The notes: generated by a model from the letters alone, not told the origin. Shown: positions 25,176 through 38,463, numbered from the whole stretch's first letter. The stretch is DNA of 60,858 nt, filler included, from Sphacelaria rigidula (GCA_964200075.2; 9 parts of 9 records of this genome joined end to end with filler, not necessarily neighbours in it); one strand, 5' to 3'. Program-made: numbers and translations.

Positions 25176-25960
25176 GTGTTTACACATGGTCTATGCAACT
25201 ACGGTTTGGTCTGAAACCTGCTTGACCTTCGCTGATTTCGTCGTCCTTTTCTCGGATCGTTCCTACTCTATCGTTCAGAATCTTACAGAACGTTTTCCCT
25301 ACCGTCCTCAGTAGCTTTATCCCTCTCTATAGTTTCCTGGGTCAGCCTTGCCTCCTTTTTTGAAAAGGTTGATGACTACTCCTCCTCTCCACCTCTTGGG
25401 TGTGTCCTCGTTGTCCTAGATCCAGTTATACAGCATAACCATCATGGTAATCATTCCTTCTCCCCCGTGCTTGAGAAATTCATTCACTTGTTTCGTCTGC
25501 CCCTGCTGCCTTTCTGTTCTTGAGTTTCGCTACGTACTCCTTTACTTCATCTCTGGTGAATTCTCTCTGCAATTCTTTCGAGCCGCTATCCTCCCATTTT
25601 GACGCGTTGCATTTGCCTCTCCCCACGTGTTGATTTCTCTCTCGAATTCCGTGTTGAACTTCTTGTTAGGTTTTATTCCAAGTTTTACGGTAGTGCTCGA
25701 CTAGCACTTCTCTCTTCCCCCTCGAACTACTGACCATTTTACCGTTCTGGGCCCGGAGTGTGTCTGTCCCGCTGTCCCTTTTATCCCTACCCACATTTGT
25801 TTCACCCCGCCATCGAAATCTCCAATTTTTTTTTCCCCTACATCTCCCCATACTACCTTTTTGTTCTTGTTCTATTCCATCTGTTTTACTTCCCTTCGAG
25901 CTTTAGAACACTCCTCCCATCCTGCCGTAGTTTTACCCGATATGTATCTTGCCTGGTACC
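25176..25960 (-). mobile_element. Decayed LINE (non-LTR retrotransposon) ORF2 fragment, N-terminal part of the reverse transcriptase
   Basis: Minus strand: EFTRDEVKEYVAKLKNRKAAGADE...PKRWRGGVVINLFKKGGKADPGNYRGIKLLRTVGKTFCKILNDR...EGQAGFRPNRSCIDHV, the canonical early LINE RT motifs, with frameshifts and stops. Confidence 0.92.
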
Positions 25961-26793
25961 GTCAAGGGGGTACTGTAGACCCCCACAAGTACCCGTCGAG
26001 GACTTGTCACCTTTGCACATTTTGTTGCGAATGCATCGGTCTAGAGAATATTTGCTCAAAACATGTCTGTGTATTAACGGTTTTCAATTCGCGTATGCAT
26101 TTGACAGTGAGATCACTGTCTCAGACCCCGACCTCCACGGACTAAGACTAACGTCCACTACAAAATCCCTTCAATAGTTGTTTTGAAAAGAGATCGGTTC
26201 GTAACAAGACTTGGGTGTCAACTGGTGCGAGTTACCTCACTATAGCCGCGTGCCTAGCCGCACATAAGCACACGGGTGTGCGAAGCTGAGGCGCTGGGCG
26301 CTCCTGAGGCGCTATCGCAGTCGATGCCGTGCAACTCACATTTTGATTATGCGTGAAATGATATCTCAGCACTGTGCATGGCTCTATTCTCTGTTGTCCC
26401 GTACTGCACTGTATTGTACTTCACATCCAAAAGTCGGGTACGTTTTAATATGCACTAGTGGTTGCCATGGATGATGTGCTGTCTCCATCACTGTACTCTC
26501 AACATAACCTTTTCTGCTGCAGTTCTACTGTCGTTCGTGACTGCTGACTTGTGCATGGCTATGCCTTCCACGTATTGCGTATCGACACCCCACGACGAGC
26601 AGACACGCACGCGAATGACCATGCGTTCTTGTTGCTCACACATATGTATGTAGCGATTTATTTCATTCACCTGTGCAATAACAATCGTATCAATCAAATC
26701 TGGTTTGGTGTGTTTTTTACCGCTGTTGCTGCTGCTGTTGCTACTGCTCGCCTTATTGGTTCTGTATGCACGATCTTGTGTCGCACGTCTTAG

Positions 26794-26919
26794 AGTCGAC
26801 CCCGGACGGTGGACTTCTCTGCTACGTGCTCAAGACAGGGGTATACTCCCTCCAGGGTGACCTAAGACGCGCAATCGACTTCGGTGATCATGGCATACGA
26901 GAGGAATCCAAGGACGCCG
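26794..26919 (+). CDS. Probable exon of an unknown gene (STPDGGLLCYVLKTGVYSLQGDLRRAIDFGDHGIREESKDA)
   Basis: Acceptor cacgtcttag|, donor GCCG|gtgagg, 126 nt, phase 1-1, open frame. Confidence 0.5.
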
Positions 26920-27095
26920 GTGAGGATTTCCGTGAATTATTGAGGGGATGAACCCCCCCCCCCCCCCCCCCCCCCCGCACTGGACAGGGGACAACNNNNN
27001 NNNNNNNNNNNNNNNNNNNNNNNNNNNNNNNNNNNNNNNTTAATTAATTAANNNNNNNNNNNNNNNNNNNNNNNNNNNNNNNNNNNNNNNNNNNN

Positions 27096-27154
27096 GGATG
27101 CGAGGTCAATGGTCTGATGACTATGGCATGCATGATCATGAGTGCACCCCCCCC
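27096..27154 (-). repeat. Repeat family B fragment at contig start
   Basis: GGATGCGAGGTCAATGGTCTGATGACTATGGCATGCATGATCATGAGTGCACCCCCCCC; near-identical to 47415-47468. Confidence 0.8.
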
Positions 27155-27180
27155 ACCCCTTCACAGATGCGAATATCACA

Positions 27181-27534
27181 CACACGAGGCCATTTGGCCA
27201 CCCCGAAAAATACCCCAGGTCGGTCAACTTTTTGAGCCTCCAGGGGAATTATACGCCTCCGGAGGGGTGCGCGGCCCTCCAGCGGAGATTTTTTAGTTTC
27301 CTTCAGAGGGAGTAAACCCCTCCGGAGGCTTGTTTTTTGCCTCCGGAGGGCGGCTCATATCTCCGGAGGCATTTTACTACCCCCGAATTCCTCCGGAGGG
27401 GTGCGCGGCCCTCCAGTTCGGTAGTGTTTAGTTCCCTCCAGGGGGATTCAAGGCCTCCGGAGGCTTGTTTTGCATCCGGAGGGTCGCGCATCACTCCGGA
27501 GGCATTTTGGGGGGTAGCCAAATGGCCGCGTGTG
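27181..27534. mobile_element. MITE with CAC...GTG termini and 2-bp (CA) TSD, CMC/EnSpm-like
   Basis: TIR CACACGAGGCCATTTGGCCACCCC / GGGGTAGCCAAATGGCCGCGTGTG flanked by CA on both sides; eight internal TCCGGAGG cores and a ~130-bp internal duplication. Confidence 0.75.
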
Positions 27535-28214
27535 CAATCTGTACTACGATTAAGCATAAATTCAAACCGTAGGATTTTCCGCGCACTCGACAACACTCTA
27601 CTTATTTGTGTATACATATATATATATATACACTTACCCACGTCGGCATTACCCAGTATTTCATTATACCTTGGAAAATAAAAGACGACAAAATGAACAA
27701 CAAAACTTGAAAATCAGCAACGGACTGCGCCTCGCGAAACAAGATGCTGATGATGAGCACGTTTGCCGTGAAAATACTCCCGAGTGAAAACGCGACGTAC
27801 TTCTTTTGACGTGGAGTCGTGACGACTTACGCCAGCAGATGACCGTGGGAAAGAAATATCGTTCTCTCGATATCCACAAGCAGACTGATTTTTTTTCTCT
27901 CTCCTTTCAGCTCCTACCTCGGAAAAGGTGGACGGTATTTCCAAGGTTATGCCCACTGCATCAGCATCGCAGACGAGAAAAAAACCCGGTAGGGGTGCAC
28001 TTTTTGTGCAAAATGTTGTCTGGTTCAGGGGCTCCTGACGATTGTAGATGCACACAAGAATATTGGTCAGGGTATCCCCATTTGCAAGTTTATTCGGGAT
28101 ATCTTCAGCACATTGGAATGAATAGTAATCCTGGTGTACTCTTCACATATTCCACAAGTCGTGTTTTGGATTAGGTAAACGGCTTCTCTAACAATTCTAA
28201 CGTCAGAAAATATT

Positions 28215-28606
28215 TGTGCACCCCCACCGTACCGTACGTAGGTTCACTCTTTTTTCTTTGCGCCGTCATACATTCAACCCCCTCCACTTCCTCGGGACGA
28301 ACGAGCGCGTTGTCTCGGGGAATCAATGTGTCTCTTCCTCGGTACCGGTGTGCCATTTTACTCTTTGCGGATCGGATCGGCACTGTCACACCCCGTCCCG
28401 TCGAGTTTTCTCGTCGAAAGTTCTCTCATACCGTTGTACTATTATATCACTCTCGCGTTTTCACCTCAGCATTCTCGCCTCCCGTCGAACTTTCTCCTTT
28501 TTTTTTGTATTGGCTGCGTACTGTCCTAGCACTCTCGCGTATTCAGTTCAGTACTCTCGCGCCCCGTCGAATTTTCGTCGGAATTTCTTTCCGCCTACTA
28601 CTACTG
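28215..28606 (+). repeat. Probable dispersed repeat with internal CTCGC..CCCGTCGAA repeats and (CTA)n tail
   Basis: Three recurring CCCGTCGA(A/G) blocks and a CTACTACTACTG end; only one copy in this window. Confidence 0.35.
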
Positions 28607-29166
28607 TATCAGCACCCTCACGTACTCAGCGACGGAAAACAGACAGACTGTGCTCAAAAATATATATATCGTACGTTTTATGCCGCGGCTTTCGATTCCG
28701 CCACCTTCCACCCCAAATGATTGCCGGTGTGCACCACTTATTTTGACCACCGCGGCGCAACGGCAGGAAGTCTATGCTCAAAATCATCATCAGAAGGCCT
28801 TATGGGTATAAACACGTTGTTGCTGTTTGGGTCGCAATGCTTTGCCCCAGCCCTCATGCAACGGTGCACGGGGTAGGAGAGACACAAGTCTTCAGTCCTG
28901 ATGATGGGAGAATATTCTCAGTTGACTTTGTACACAATCTGTATCCTGTGCAGTCGAGTGTCTACTCGTGGCACGCTGTGGGTGTAAAAAAACTCACTGC
29001 GTGGGGATCGCAAAGCTCTGCATGTGCCCAGGCGGGTCATGCATGCACACAAGAGATGATTCTCTACAAGACCTCCACGTCTCCACCAGCAGTATCCTGT
29101 ATCTTGGACAAACCAGACGGAACACGCCGGGTATAACAAAACACCCACTTTTTATCATGCTACGAC

Positions 29167-29372
29167 GGGGGGGAGGGGGGGTACTCATGACCTTGCATGC
29201 CGTAGTCGTCCAACCATTGGCCTCGCATCCCTACAAAGCTGGGACGGCGCACGGCGGGTTTTCGCCGAACCAGGGGCGGGGGCGGGGGGGGGGGGGGGCG
29301 TACTTATTTCTTGCTTGCCTTAGTCGTTTGACCATTGACCACGCATCTCTTTCGAGACGGAGCACCGTTGGG
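29167..29372 (+). repeat. Repeat family B dimer (two related poly-G-headed monomers)
   Basis: Monomer 1 (G)n GTACTCATGACCTTGCATGCCGTAGTCGTCCAACCATTGGCCTCGCATCC; monomer 2 (G)n CGTACTTATTTCTTGCTTGCCTTAGTCGTTTGACCATTGACCACGCATC. Confidence 0.8.
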
Positions 29373-31684
29373 CAGGGGGGGGGTTGCTTCACGAAAAAAA
29401 AGGCTCGTAGATGTGTCAGTCGACCTAACGCACTCGTGATGCACTTCTATCAGAGTATAAATGACGTCAAGCAGTATAAACGTCCGACCAACCGTTGATA
29501 GTTTGAAATACGATCTGTAGTTGAATCTCGCAAAGAAATGCCCCGAAATACCCCCACCCCCTCTACCTGGACATGACTCCTTACGCTGTTGTACTGTACA
29601 CTCTTGGGGTTGAGAAGCTTTACACCCGTAGAACAGAGCACTGCGAACGATAGGAAAACAGCGCTACCCGATGTACGATGAAATAATCATGGGAGTCTAC
29701 AACCCCAGCAATGCTGCATCCTTTTACCCACAAGAATGCACTGAGTGCTAAATTACCACTTCACGAGGGCCTGTGGCAGTGTGTCACTAGATAAGGCCGT
29801 GCATGCGCACACGATAGATACGACACGATCACAAAAATCTCGATGTCCACATTCATACCCTTTTCTCTGCACAAGCCCACACAGGGACAGCTCTCACCGG
29901 CAACCACCTGGCCAGAAACGCGCTGTCTTGAGAGAATGAACGTTTATTTCGACTTGCTGACTTGGTGCTTCACTCGCGAAAAAAAACAAAAGCAGTTCGA
30001 GTAGTAGAAGTCTCGAACTCGTTGGAGTCGTTATCTGTACTGTTGTATCCGTCATGGGGGCTACGGCTCGGGCCATGCTGGTTCAGCCGTGATAATCTTA
30101 AAAAAAGGTTCGCGTAATCTTGAGTCAGGCTCGTCGGAATATTAAGAAGAAACATGAACTCAGCAGTCTTGCGTCAGACACACCATATGTATATATATAT
30201 ACATATATGTGTGGGTGGGTGTCTTTCGAGTGAATCCGCGATATTATGATTTCACCTTGTTGTTGAGTCAGTTCATAATTTCACCGAAGGGCCCCAGATA
30301 ATTTGAGTCAGGCTCGTCGTTATTTTCCGCGAAGGACTTGGCACTAGATTATCGAGTCAGAATCACCTACATGCGTTATGTCTGGGTTAACCCCTAATTT
30401 TTACAGCAATAATAGTTGAAAATGAACCACTACTACTCAATTTCCGCGCGACATGAACACTGCATCATTTCAGTATGGTATAAAGCTAGTGGTGATTCAT
30501 CCGATGGGAATCAATCGGGTTGACGGGCTAAGCCCTTACACCGCGAGGATAGTCCATCTGGATCATTCATATTTTCTTCATGTGAAATTGATGCCGATTC
30601 AGTAGATGGCCCATACCCTCGCCGTCGAGAGGTTCAACTCGGTTGCAAGTGTTGCGGGAACATGTAACTCCCTCAACTCACAAGATTCCGGAATCTTCTA
30701 ACGTATACCCTTACACCGCCAGTCAGTATGGGTCATCTGGTAGTCATTGGGAGATCGAGGACAAAGAAATATAGAATCTGAAATATTGAACAGTAGTATA
30801 TCTTATCATATTCAAAAAGGGTGTGGTGGTGCTTGTATATACGTGAATAGGGTCAGTATCATCACCAGCATTTCACGCCAACCGGCAATAAAGTTGTTCC
30901 GAAAAGAGGTATGTCACCCGAGGTGTTGAAGTTGACACGAAAGTCACAAGAGCTCGCATGGGCATCCACTTGCAGAGGTTCTTCAGTTAGTCTAAAGACT
31001 GCGCCAGGGTAGGTCATCATGTCGCGTCGGCATGAGCTCCATTTGAGATATGAAAAACGAGACCAACATGGCCCACCCTGCCTGACGGTGAAGCTGCCAA
31101 GTGCATATATAGTACGCGTGGACGTTGTCAGCATGATTCATGGTTATGGCAAAAAATATAAGGACACGTTACGTTCGCACCTTCGGAGAGCTAACGATTT
31201 CCAAGCTCGCGATATATATAGCGTACGCAGCAATCCCATGATTTTTGCTTGCAATCGGCGCGCAGGTGCCGATTCGAGCTCTGCTAGCACATATTTTAGT
31301 TTCAAGGCACTCCGTGTACATCCTTTGCTCGCCCTAGGTTCTCCCTCCGCGTGGGCTTGAGGTTCGAGTTTCCGCCTCCGGGTTATCACCAGAAAAGGTC
31401 AAAAGATCCACATTGTGACGGTGCAAGTTTTGGAATCACTCTTGACCTTTCGCATCGACATCCAGGGTGGTAGTCGTCGTAGATTATCTGCTGAATTAGC
31501 ATAACTATGTCCTCAGTGCCTATTGAAGACGACCGACGGGCGCAGTACACTTGCTATAGTGCTTCTGCCGTCTCCCGAACAGCTCTTGTAGCTGTCTATG
31601 AGGGTGCCTGGGGCTGTCGATTTGACCGTAGCTTGGTAGCCATTCTAATCCACTGTCTCCCTCCCCAAGTTTTTTTTCTTCTCC

Positions 31685-31885
31685 AGAGAGTTTCGGAGAA
31701 CGCTTTTTGGTCATTTCAGAGTGCAAATATCTCAGGATCAGATTGTAACGAAAAAATATTTGCCCCTGGTTGAATGTGGTACCCCCTTCACGCTTTTTCG
31801 ATTATCAAGTTTTTTTTCATTCTACGCTCTGATCGTGAGATATTTGCACTCTGAAATGACAAGAAAGCGTTCTCCGAAACTCCCT
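31685..31885. mobile_element. Hairpin MITE with ~70-bp terminal inverted repeats
   Basis: GAGTTTCGGAGAACGCTTTTTGGTCATTTCAGAGTGCAAATATCTCA vs TGAGATATTTGCACTCTGAAATGACAAGAAAGCGTTCTCCGAAACTC. Confidence 0.8.
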
Positions 31886-32059
31886 TGTATACTTATGTTT
31901 GCAAATCTGATTAGTGTGCTTTTACCTCACCCTGATCAACTCGGGGGACGCTATTTCTGTTCTGTTTTCTTGACTTATCTCTTGTTATTGTTATATAGTG
32001 TTGTTTTGCTTGTTTGTCTTTGGAGTTTCAGAATAAATAATGGGAGCTTCATCTTCTGC

Positions 32060-32235
32060 AAGGAGTGGCGGGGACGGTATTAGAAAGCCGAGCCCAAGTC
32101 TGTGACCGCACGGGTTCGAGAGATCGGGCAAATATGCAGAAAAAATAATAACTGCAATAATAAGTAAATAAAATGGGAATGAAAAAGAAAAATAATGAAA
32201 AAATAATGAAAACGCTAATAATAACAAATAACAAT
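32060..32235 (+). mobile_element. 3' tail of non-LTR retroelement family with degenerate AAT-rich tail
   Basis: GGGGACGGTATTAGAAAGCCGAGCCC...TGTGACCGCACGGGTTCGAGAGATCGG; matches 50745-50820 and 14874-14900. Confidence 0.6.
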
Positions 32236-33868
32236 GTTCCAGTTGAAAGCAAACTGAATCTAAGACCGACTTGTATGGCAGTCGCAACAACGGATCTGTA
32301 CTGTACGCAGATCAGGGGGCCTCAGATCCGGATTGTATTAACCCCAATTTGGCCTAATTCGGGGAAGCTCAGATTCGTTTGTCACGATTTGAGAATCATT
32401 TTACACGAATCTGAGCGCAGATCCATGAAAAATCGAGGTCCCCCGAATCTGTAGCAACTGTCGTACGTATGTTGACGTGCAGTGATGGGGCAACAGGCGT
32501 TCGATATTTTTGCAACAAGAGCAGCGGACAGTCTCGTGACAGCACAGAGAGTCAGTGCCTGCGAGCGCCGGCTGCTGGAGCAGCTCCGCACGGGATTTGA
32601 CAAGCGGATACGAAGTGTTCACGCCGTATCCTGCGGTGATGGAAAACTCTTCTGCTGCACTGCGCTGCTGTATATATCATCATAACCAACGGTACTGTTG
32701 GTACTGTCCTACACTCTGCTGTCGGGGTTGTGGCAGGGTGATGAGTGACGCTGCACTCGTGAACTCTTGCCGCACACTGTGCACTGTTCTCGCAATACCG
32801 ACTGTACCATAATGTATTACCACGCGGCATTATCTTCTACTGTGATTGTGGAGTGTGCTGCACTGCATCAAACCCTCGGGTACCATGGTACTACGCTGCT
32901 CTTCACAGATGATTCCCTGCCTACCTATTCTTCGGCTTCACTGTGATACCACACCCGCCCAGAAAATGACCGTTCGTGTACAGAACAATTTCAACAAATC
33001 TGTGAAGCCACACAGGGGTATACACGAATCTGAGTCCCCTCGATATGGCACAGATTCGGGTCCCGCCAGATTCGGGATTGGCTGCTATACAAGTTGGTCT
33101 AATAAGACCCATCAGATGATCCGTCCTGACGAGTCAAGGGGAGAATTGAACGATACTTGACAGATCAGTGTGTTCTACAATCAATCATACATACCAAAAT
33201 TCTATGAAGCAACCATTCGCATATCACTGAGATCCTAATTGACGCACGACCCAAGTTAGACGCGAAATGATCGAAAATACTACACTAGGCGTCCAGGTAC
33301 TTCGTATGTCGGGTGAGATTTGACCGCCCCCCCCATTCGTCGCCAAAAGGTCTTCACCACTACTTCTGACTGATGGTCACACACACATTTTCGTGTGAAC
33401 GGGCGGCACCATATTTTCAACATCTTCCCTGACGTGACGTGTTACCCCTGTGTTTTGTGCTCTCGAGAAGTATATTTATCATGCAAGGTGAGGGCATGTT
33501 TTAGGGCGTGTCTTAGCACCTTTTTTTTCGATCGAAAAAGTGCGACCGAATTTTTTTCTGCCTATATGATGGGTCCACCGCATTTATGTTCCTCGAAGGC
33601 TTCAACTCAAAATTACAATTAGGGGCGCGCGGAGAAGAATGAAGAATGCAACGAGTGAAGAAACATTTTTTTTACGATCGAAAACATGCAGTCGAAAGGC
33701 ACGAAGCGGCACTTGACTCTTGTCTTACAGACCACCACGCCAAATAACACCCGTTCACAGGACCATACNNNNNNNNNNNNNNNNNNNNNNNNNNNNNNNN
33801 NNNNNNNNNNNNTTAATTAATTAANNNNNNNNNNNNNNNNNNNNNNNNNNNNNNNNNNNNNNNNNNNN

Positions 33869-33913
<45 letters not shown>

Positions 33914-33935
33914 GCAACAACAACATCAACAACAA
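33869..33935. repeat. (CAA)n microsatellite at contig start
   Basis: Direct reading. Confidence 0.95.
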
Positions 33936-34494
33936 CCGTTACCGCTTCCGCTTTCATCAGTACCTCTGTCCCCATCTCGTCTACCAGCCCCGCTTTTGCA
34001 TAATTCGTTGCAATTCGCTGCCATCCCTTGTCCGCTTGTCTCGCCGCTCTTGTCGCACTGCGCGTGCGATCTGAGCTGCATCGTCTCCCTAGGCCGTGTT
34101 TACCAAGGGTACCAATGGTTGTGAACGGCAGAGATGACGGTGCTGTTGATGGTGAGGATGAGGTGCTTGGGGTACCGGCAGCGCGGGTGTTTGTTCCCTG
34201 GTCATCGTCGGCATTGTAGATGGCGCGGTGTGGGCGACTCAGCTGATATTAGTGTGTACTGTGCTGCTGACGACGGCGGTGTGTATGGCGCCACCGATGT
34301 CGGCGGTCAGCATAGCGCCGCCGATGACTGCCGATGACGGTGTGGGCGGCCCCGCCGATGACTGCGGTGTAGATGGCGCCGAGCCCTGGTCATCGACGGA
34401 GTTGCGTAAAATTTCCCCGCCTTTTCCGGCCCCGCACGGTTCGCAGGGTCGTCTTACCCCTGCCCCCCGCCCCCCGCTTCGAGAGTAGGAATGG

Positions 34495-34582
34495 TGCTCC
34501 AGACGGTACTCTGCCTCGAAAGTGATGCGTGGTCAATGGTCAAACGACCAATGCAAACAAAACTGACTACACCCCCCTCCTC
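34495..34582 (-). repeat. Repeat family B monomer 2
   Basis: Reverse complement similar to 29285-29372 (GGTCGTTTGACCATTGACCACGCATC..TTTCGAG). Confidence 0.7.
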
Positions 34583-34989
34583 CCGTTCGTGGGCATGGAG
34601 AACAGCAGATATCGAGAACCGCTCGGTGAAGCGCCTACGGCTGGGGTTTCCCCCAAAGACTCGCTGTCGACCGGCCTTCACTCGACGTTGTTATCCTTCT
34701 CTTCGGTGGGCGTCTGGATCGCTTGACGTTGTACGAGGGAGCATGTAGGGGGTATGTACGCCCATTTTATATGTTTGGTCGCAACTGTTTGTCCTGTTTC
34801 GATCATTACCCGATTGACATCCCGGGACTATCTCGGGGCTGGGCTGAGGTATCAGCATCTCCGTGATTTCGGCTGTAGCGTTCTCTCTTGTCCGGGTTTC
34901 AAGAAAGGAATGGGACTACTGTTCGGTGGCGATCCTTGCGACATCTCATGTGGCGTCATGTTACCCGGTTTAGCTGAGGTGGTAACACA

Positions 34990-37470
34990 ATCCAAAGTAT
35001 AGCACGTCCGGTATGTTTGTTTCGGCCACAGAACTTGACGAGTGAGAATACGTTGTTTCGGGTATATTTGTGATACCTCCCACAGAAATTTTCATATTCT
35101 GTTTTGGGTACATTTTTGAGAATTGAATTTTGGCCGCAAGGCTGGCTGACTCGATGATGCCTATTGCACACTCATCAACACTGTTGAACTGTAGAGTGTC
35201 TACGGTTTGCTCTTGCTTGTTTTTCTCGCGGTCACAGACGTCGGCAAATACACCCTTTCCGAGAATTCATCTCACCGTCGCTACGTACCACCTCTACATT
35301 TCTAGGAGAAAACTCTGCGAGGTTCTTGGCTAAGTACTGTTCGGCCTCACCCCTCGAGCGGAAAACGCATAGTATAGTGTACCAAGAGTATTCATCACCA
35401 ACTATCATGTTGCACCACTTCACGCCCCCGGATCTAACTGGTTGTGGCCCTGAAAGATCTATGCACACTCTGGATGCTGGCGGAGCTGTTCTGGTGTGAG
35501 TCGACCTTGGTACGGGTCGTCGGAGTCCTCTACCCTCCGAGCATCCACGGCATGATCTCAGCTCGGCTCGCAGCTCCATCCTGAGCTACTTCGCGGTCTT
35601 GCGCCGGGGATCCTCCCGCACTCGAGCGTGGGAACAGTGAATATTGGTGTCGACGATCTGGGGACTAGGTATCGCCCCGAAAAATCCCGATTTCAGGAAT
35701 CTGTGCTGGCCGAGTACCTTCAGGGTGTCGTCGGACATCAACTCTACTAAAACCCCGTCATGGCATACGATGTAGGTGTGTCCTGCGGTCAAGATTTTGG
35801 TCAGGGGCAAGAGATAAAGATAGACGCCTTGTGGCGTGGTGTACATTCTTGACATGCAGCACCTCACGACGTCCGTCAGATCGGGAGGAGAGCGTCAGGT
35901 CACTCCTGCCAACGATCGGGTACGTACTACCACCCGCACACCGTAGTACCCTATTCCTGCACGCTCGGTACTCTGTGTATCTCATCAGAGCCAGGCACAA
36001 AATTCTGGGTTGCCTCCAAATCAGACGGCTATAGTTCGCTTCCATTCTGCTGTTCAACACCCCCCGTCTACAGACGGTACCCTCGCCTGTGGTGTCTTAC
36101 GTAGTCATCGTCATGTCTACGTCGGTGAACGCCTCTGCCTCGGCATCCGAGCATATGAAAGCGTCGACTCCGTTGCTTACCGAATCCATCGCTGTGACCA
36201 CATCTTCTCCATGCTCTAGAAAATCAAGCAGTGTGCGCATTTTCCGCGCTTGCCGTAGTGCCTCCCAGGGCGGAGTCTCGCTCGGTGTGTTCTCCTCTAC
36301 TGGCAGATGTGACAGCACTAATTGCCAGCTCCTTGCACTGTGAAGACTCGACAAAGGGGAGAGTATATTGGTTTTGCATACTATTCAGTGATCTCTTCTT
36401 GACTCGCCAATCGAAATGTAAGCCATAGACCATAAGCTCCTCCCGATCTGCTACCAAAATCCCAGATGCAAGAAATCAAGAAGCCAAGTGGGACGAGGTG
36501 GGCATCTCGCGACGTGTGTGGTACTTAGGTCATTATGGAGTCTCACTTACGTGCTTGGCTCAATCGCCGCTTTGCCCCGCTAATCCGAATGCACTTAATC
36601 TGACCTAGTTGCACAAGTATCCTACAGCTCGTACACATGTACAAGGATCGAGTCTGCGCACATCCGAGTAAGTGCCACTGCGTCGCAGCGGCCGATTGAC
36701 TTTTTGATGATGATGCCGATGATGCCGATGACTGACTGCTTGTGCCCTGGTTCCCGTCACCACGACCTGAACCCTGGCTCTTCCCCGGGTTTTCCTTCCG
36801 GCGTGAGCAATTGGGTCCGCCGGTTTGACCCTTGACAACAAGAGCTTCATTCCCGGAGGTAGTGTTCCCTCGACGACCTCTTGGTACCTCACCATGTTTT
36901 CTCGCGAAAGAGGACCCGCAGGATTGTCTAGCCCTCTCTTGTGAAGACTTTACTCGGGACGAAGGGGATTCTTCGTATTTAAAGAGAGTCAGCAAGTTTA
37001 TCAGGATCATATGGTCATCGAACGGTCTCAGCTATCGAGCCACATCCTCCATTTCGATTTGCTTCCGAAATCGCGTATTCTCGCACGCCAATCTTGACAT
37101 ATTCGTATATTTCCAACAACGTCAGTCTGGATTCATTATTCAAATCTCGGGGCTTTATTACTCTCATCAGCTCATGCCAAACATCCTTGTCTGTTCTAAT
37201 ATATCAGGGCTCGCGACCAGTATCTGTTTACCTGTTACATTCGCTGACTTTGCGTTGTCTTGCCTCCGGGCGAAGCACTGATAACTCCGTGTGTTCCACT
37301 TTCATAGCATGCGAGCTATAGGTAGACCTGGTGAACATCCAATCGAGGCCTTTGCTTCTCGCAAAGTTTATTAAATTGTGTCTGAAAAAGAAGAATTATG
37401 AACTCCTTTAAGAGTGATTCGATACGGCAGCCTTTACAATAGATATGCCTACGATATCATGGCCACTCGA
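34990..37470 (-). mobile_element. Decayed Ty1/copia retrotransposon (gag, protease, GAG-pre-integrase, integrase core)
   Basis: Minus strand: VDTNIHCSHA..RE...RKTAK; CRGCSEGRGLRRPVPRSTHTRTAPPASRVCIDLSGP...MIVGDEYS...VEVVRSDG (copia integrase); upstream VLRCAGGSTYPIVGRSDL (protease region) and gag-like relics; many stops and frameshifts. Confidence 0.88.
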
Positions 37471-38463
37471 ACCGTACAGAGCGACTGAGTCACGTTTGGA
37501 GTCCAAGTCTCTAGCTTCATCGCTTCCAACCCTGCGGTCGCCCCTCTCTCGATAGCTCCGGCGGCTTCACGCCACGCTAGGTTCGGCTCCACTGTCAGCC
37601 TATTGCAGCGGTTATGTCGCTCGGATTCCCCGCGCAGGGAATCCGTTGCTATCGATGACGTTACTCCGTTGCAGGCCACCGGACTCGTGTGCTTCTTCAA
37701 AACCATCTACCCGACTCTGTCAGGCAAGCAAACTTCATTGCACACCCCTAGCAAGCTCAACCAGTACGCAAAACGAACTTGTCAACCGGCTCGACGTTTT
37801 CTTTACTGAGCGTTTTTGTCTGTCCTTTATCATAAAGTTGGAAGAAATTTCTCACCATGCTTTCAGAGTCTCGATAATCTGGCATCCACTTTACCTGAAA
37901 AATGATATCTTACGAAACTGTAAGACTGCAGGTTTGATCAGGTTTGATCATCTCAGCGTACGTACCCTGCATCCTTGGAGCAAGCGCTCAACGTTGAGCT
38001 ACACAGTTCGGTGAGACGAGCGAATGAGTACCGTGCAGAGCGATAAGGAATACGAGTGAGCGTCTTGCATATCAAGTGGATATTCATCCACCTATTGCGT
38101 GAGATAGACCTTGGGGTGTTGATTTGTTGTGAATACACGACAAGATACCGTGGCAGGTTGTTCGGACCAGTATGTAGCATTCAGTATGAAAGCGGTATTT
38201 GCGTAGGTTTTTACGAATTCTGACAATGTGAGACGTACGTACAGAAAAACAGTACGGTGTCTGTCCTTGTTTCCCAGCTGCAGTGCCGCTGCCAGCAGAA
38301 AAGTTGGCCATCGCAGCTAGGTTGCCGCACACACGAGTACAGATACCATCACCAGCAACAAGCAGCATTCATCTAGCAGCGGCCGACCGGTGTATGCAGC
38401 ACAAGTAGGGAGAAGTAGGCACGAACTAGCGCGCTTCGCAGAGGATCGATCGACTTTTACAGC

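Noticed and set aside
28214..28746. Overlapping 168/176-aa ORFs
   Set aside because: Pyrimidine-rich repeat sequence that is depleted of stops; not protein-like.
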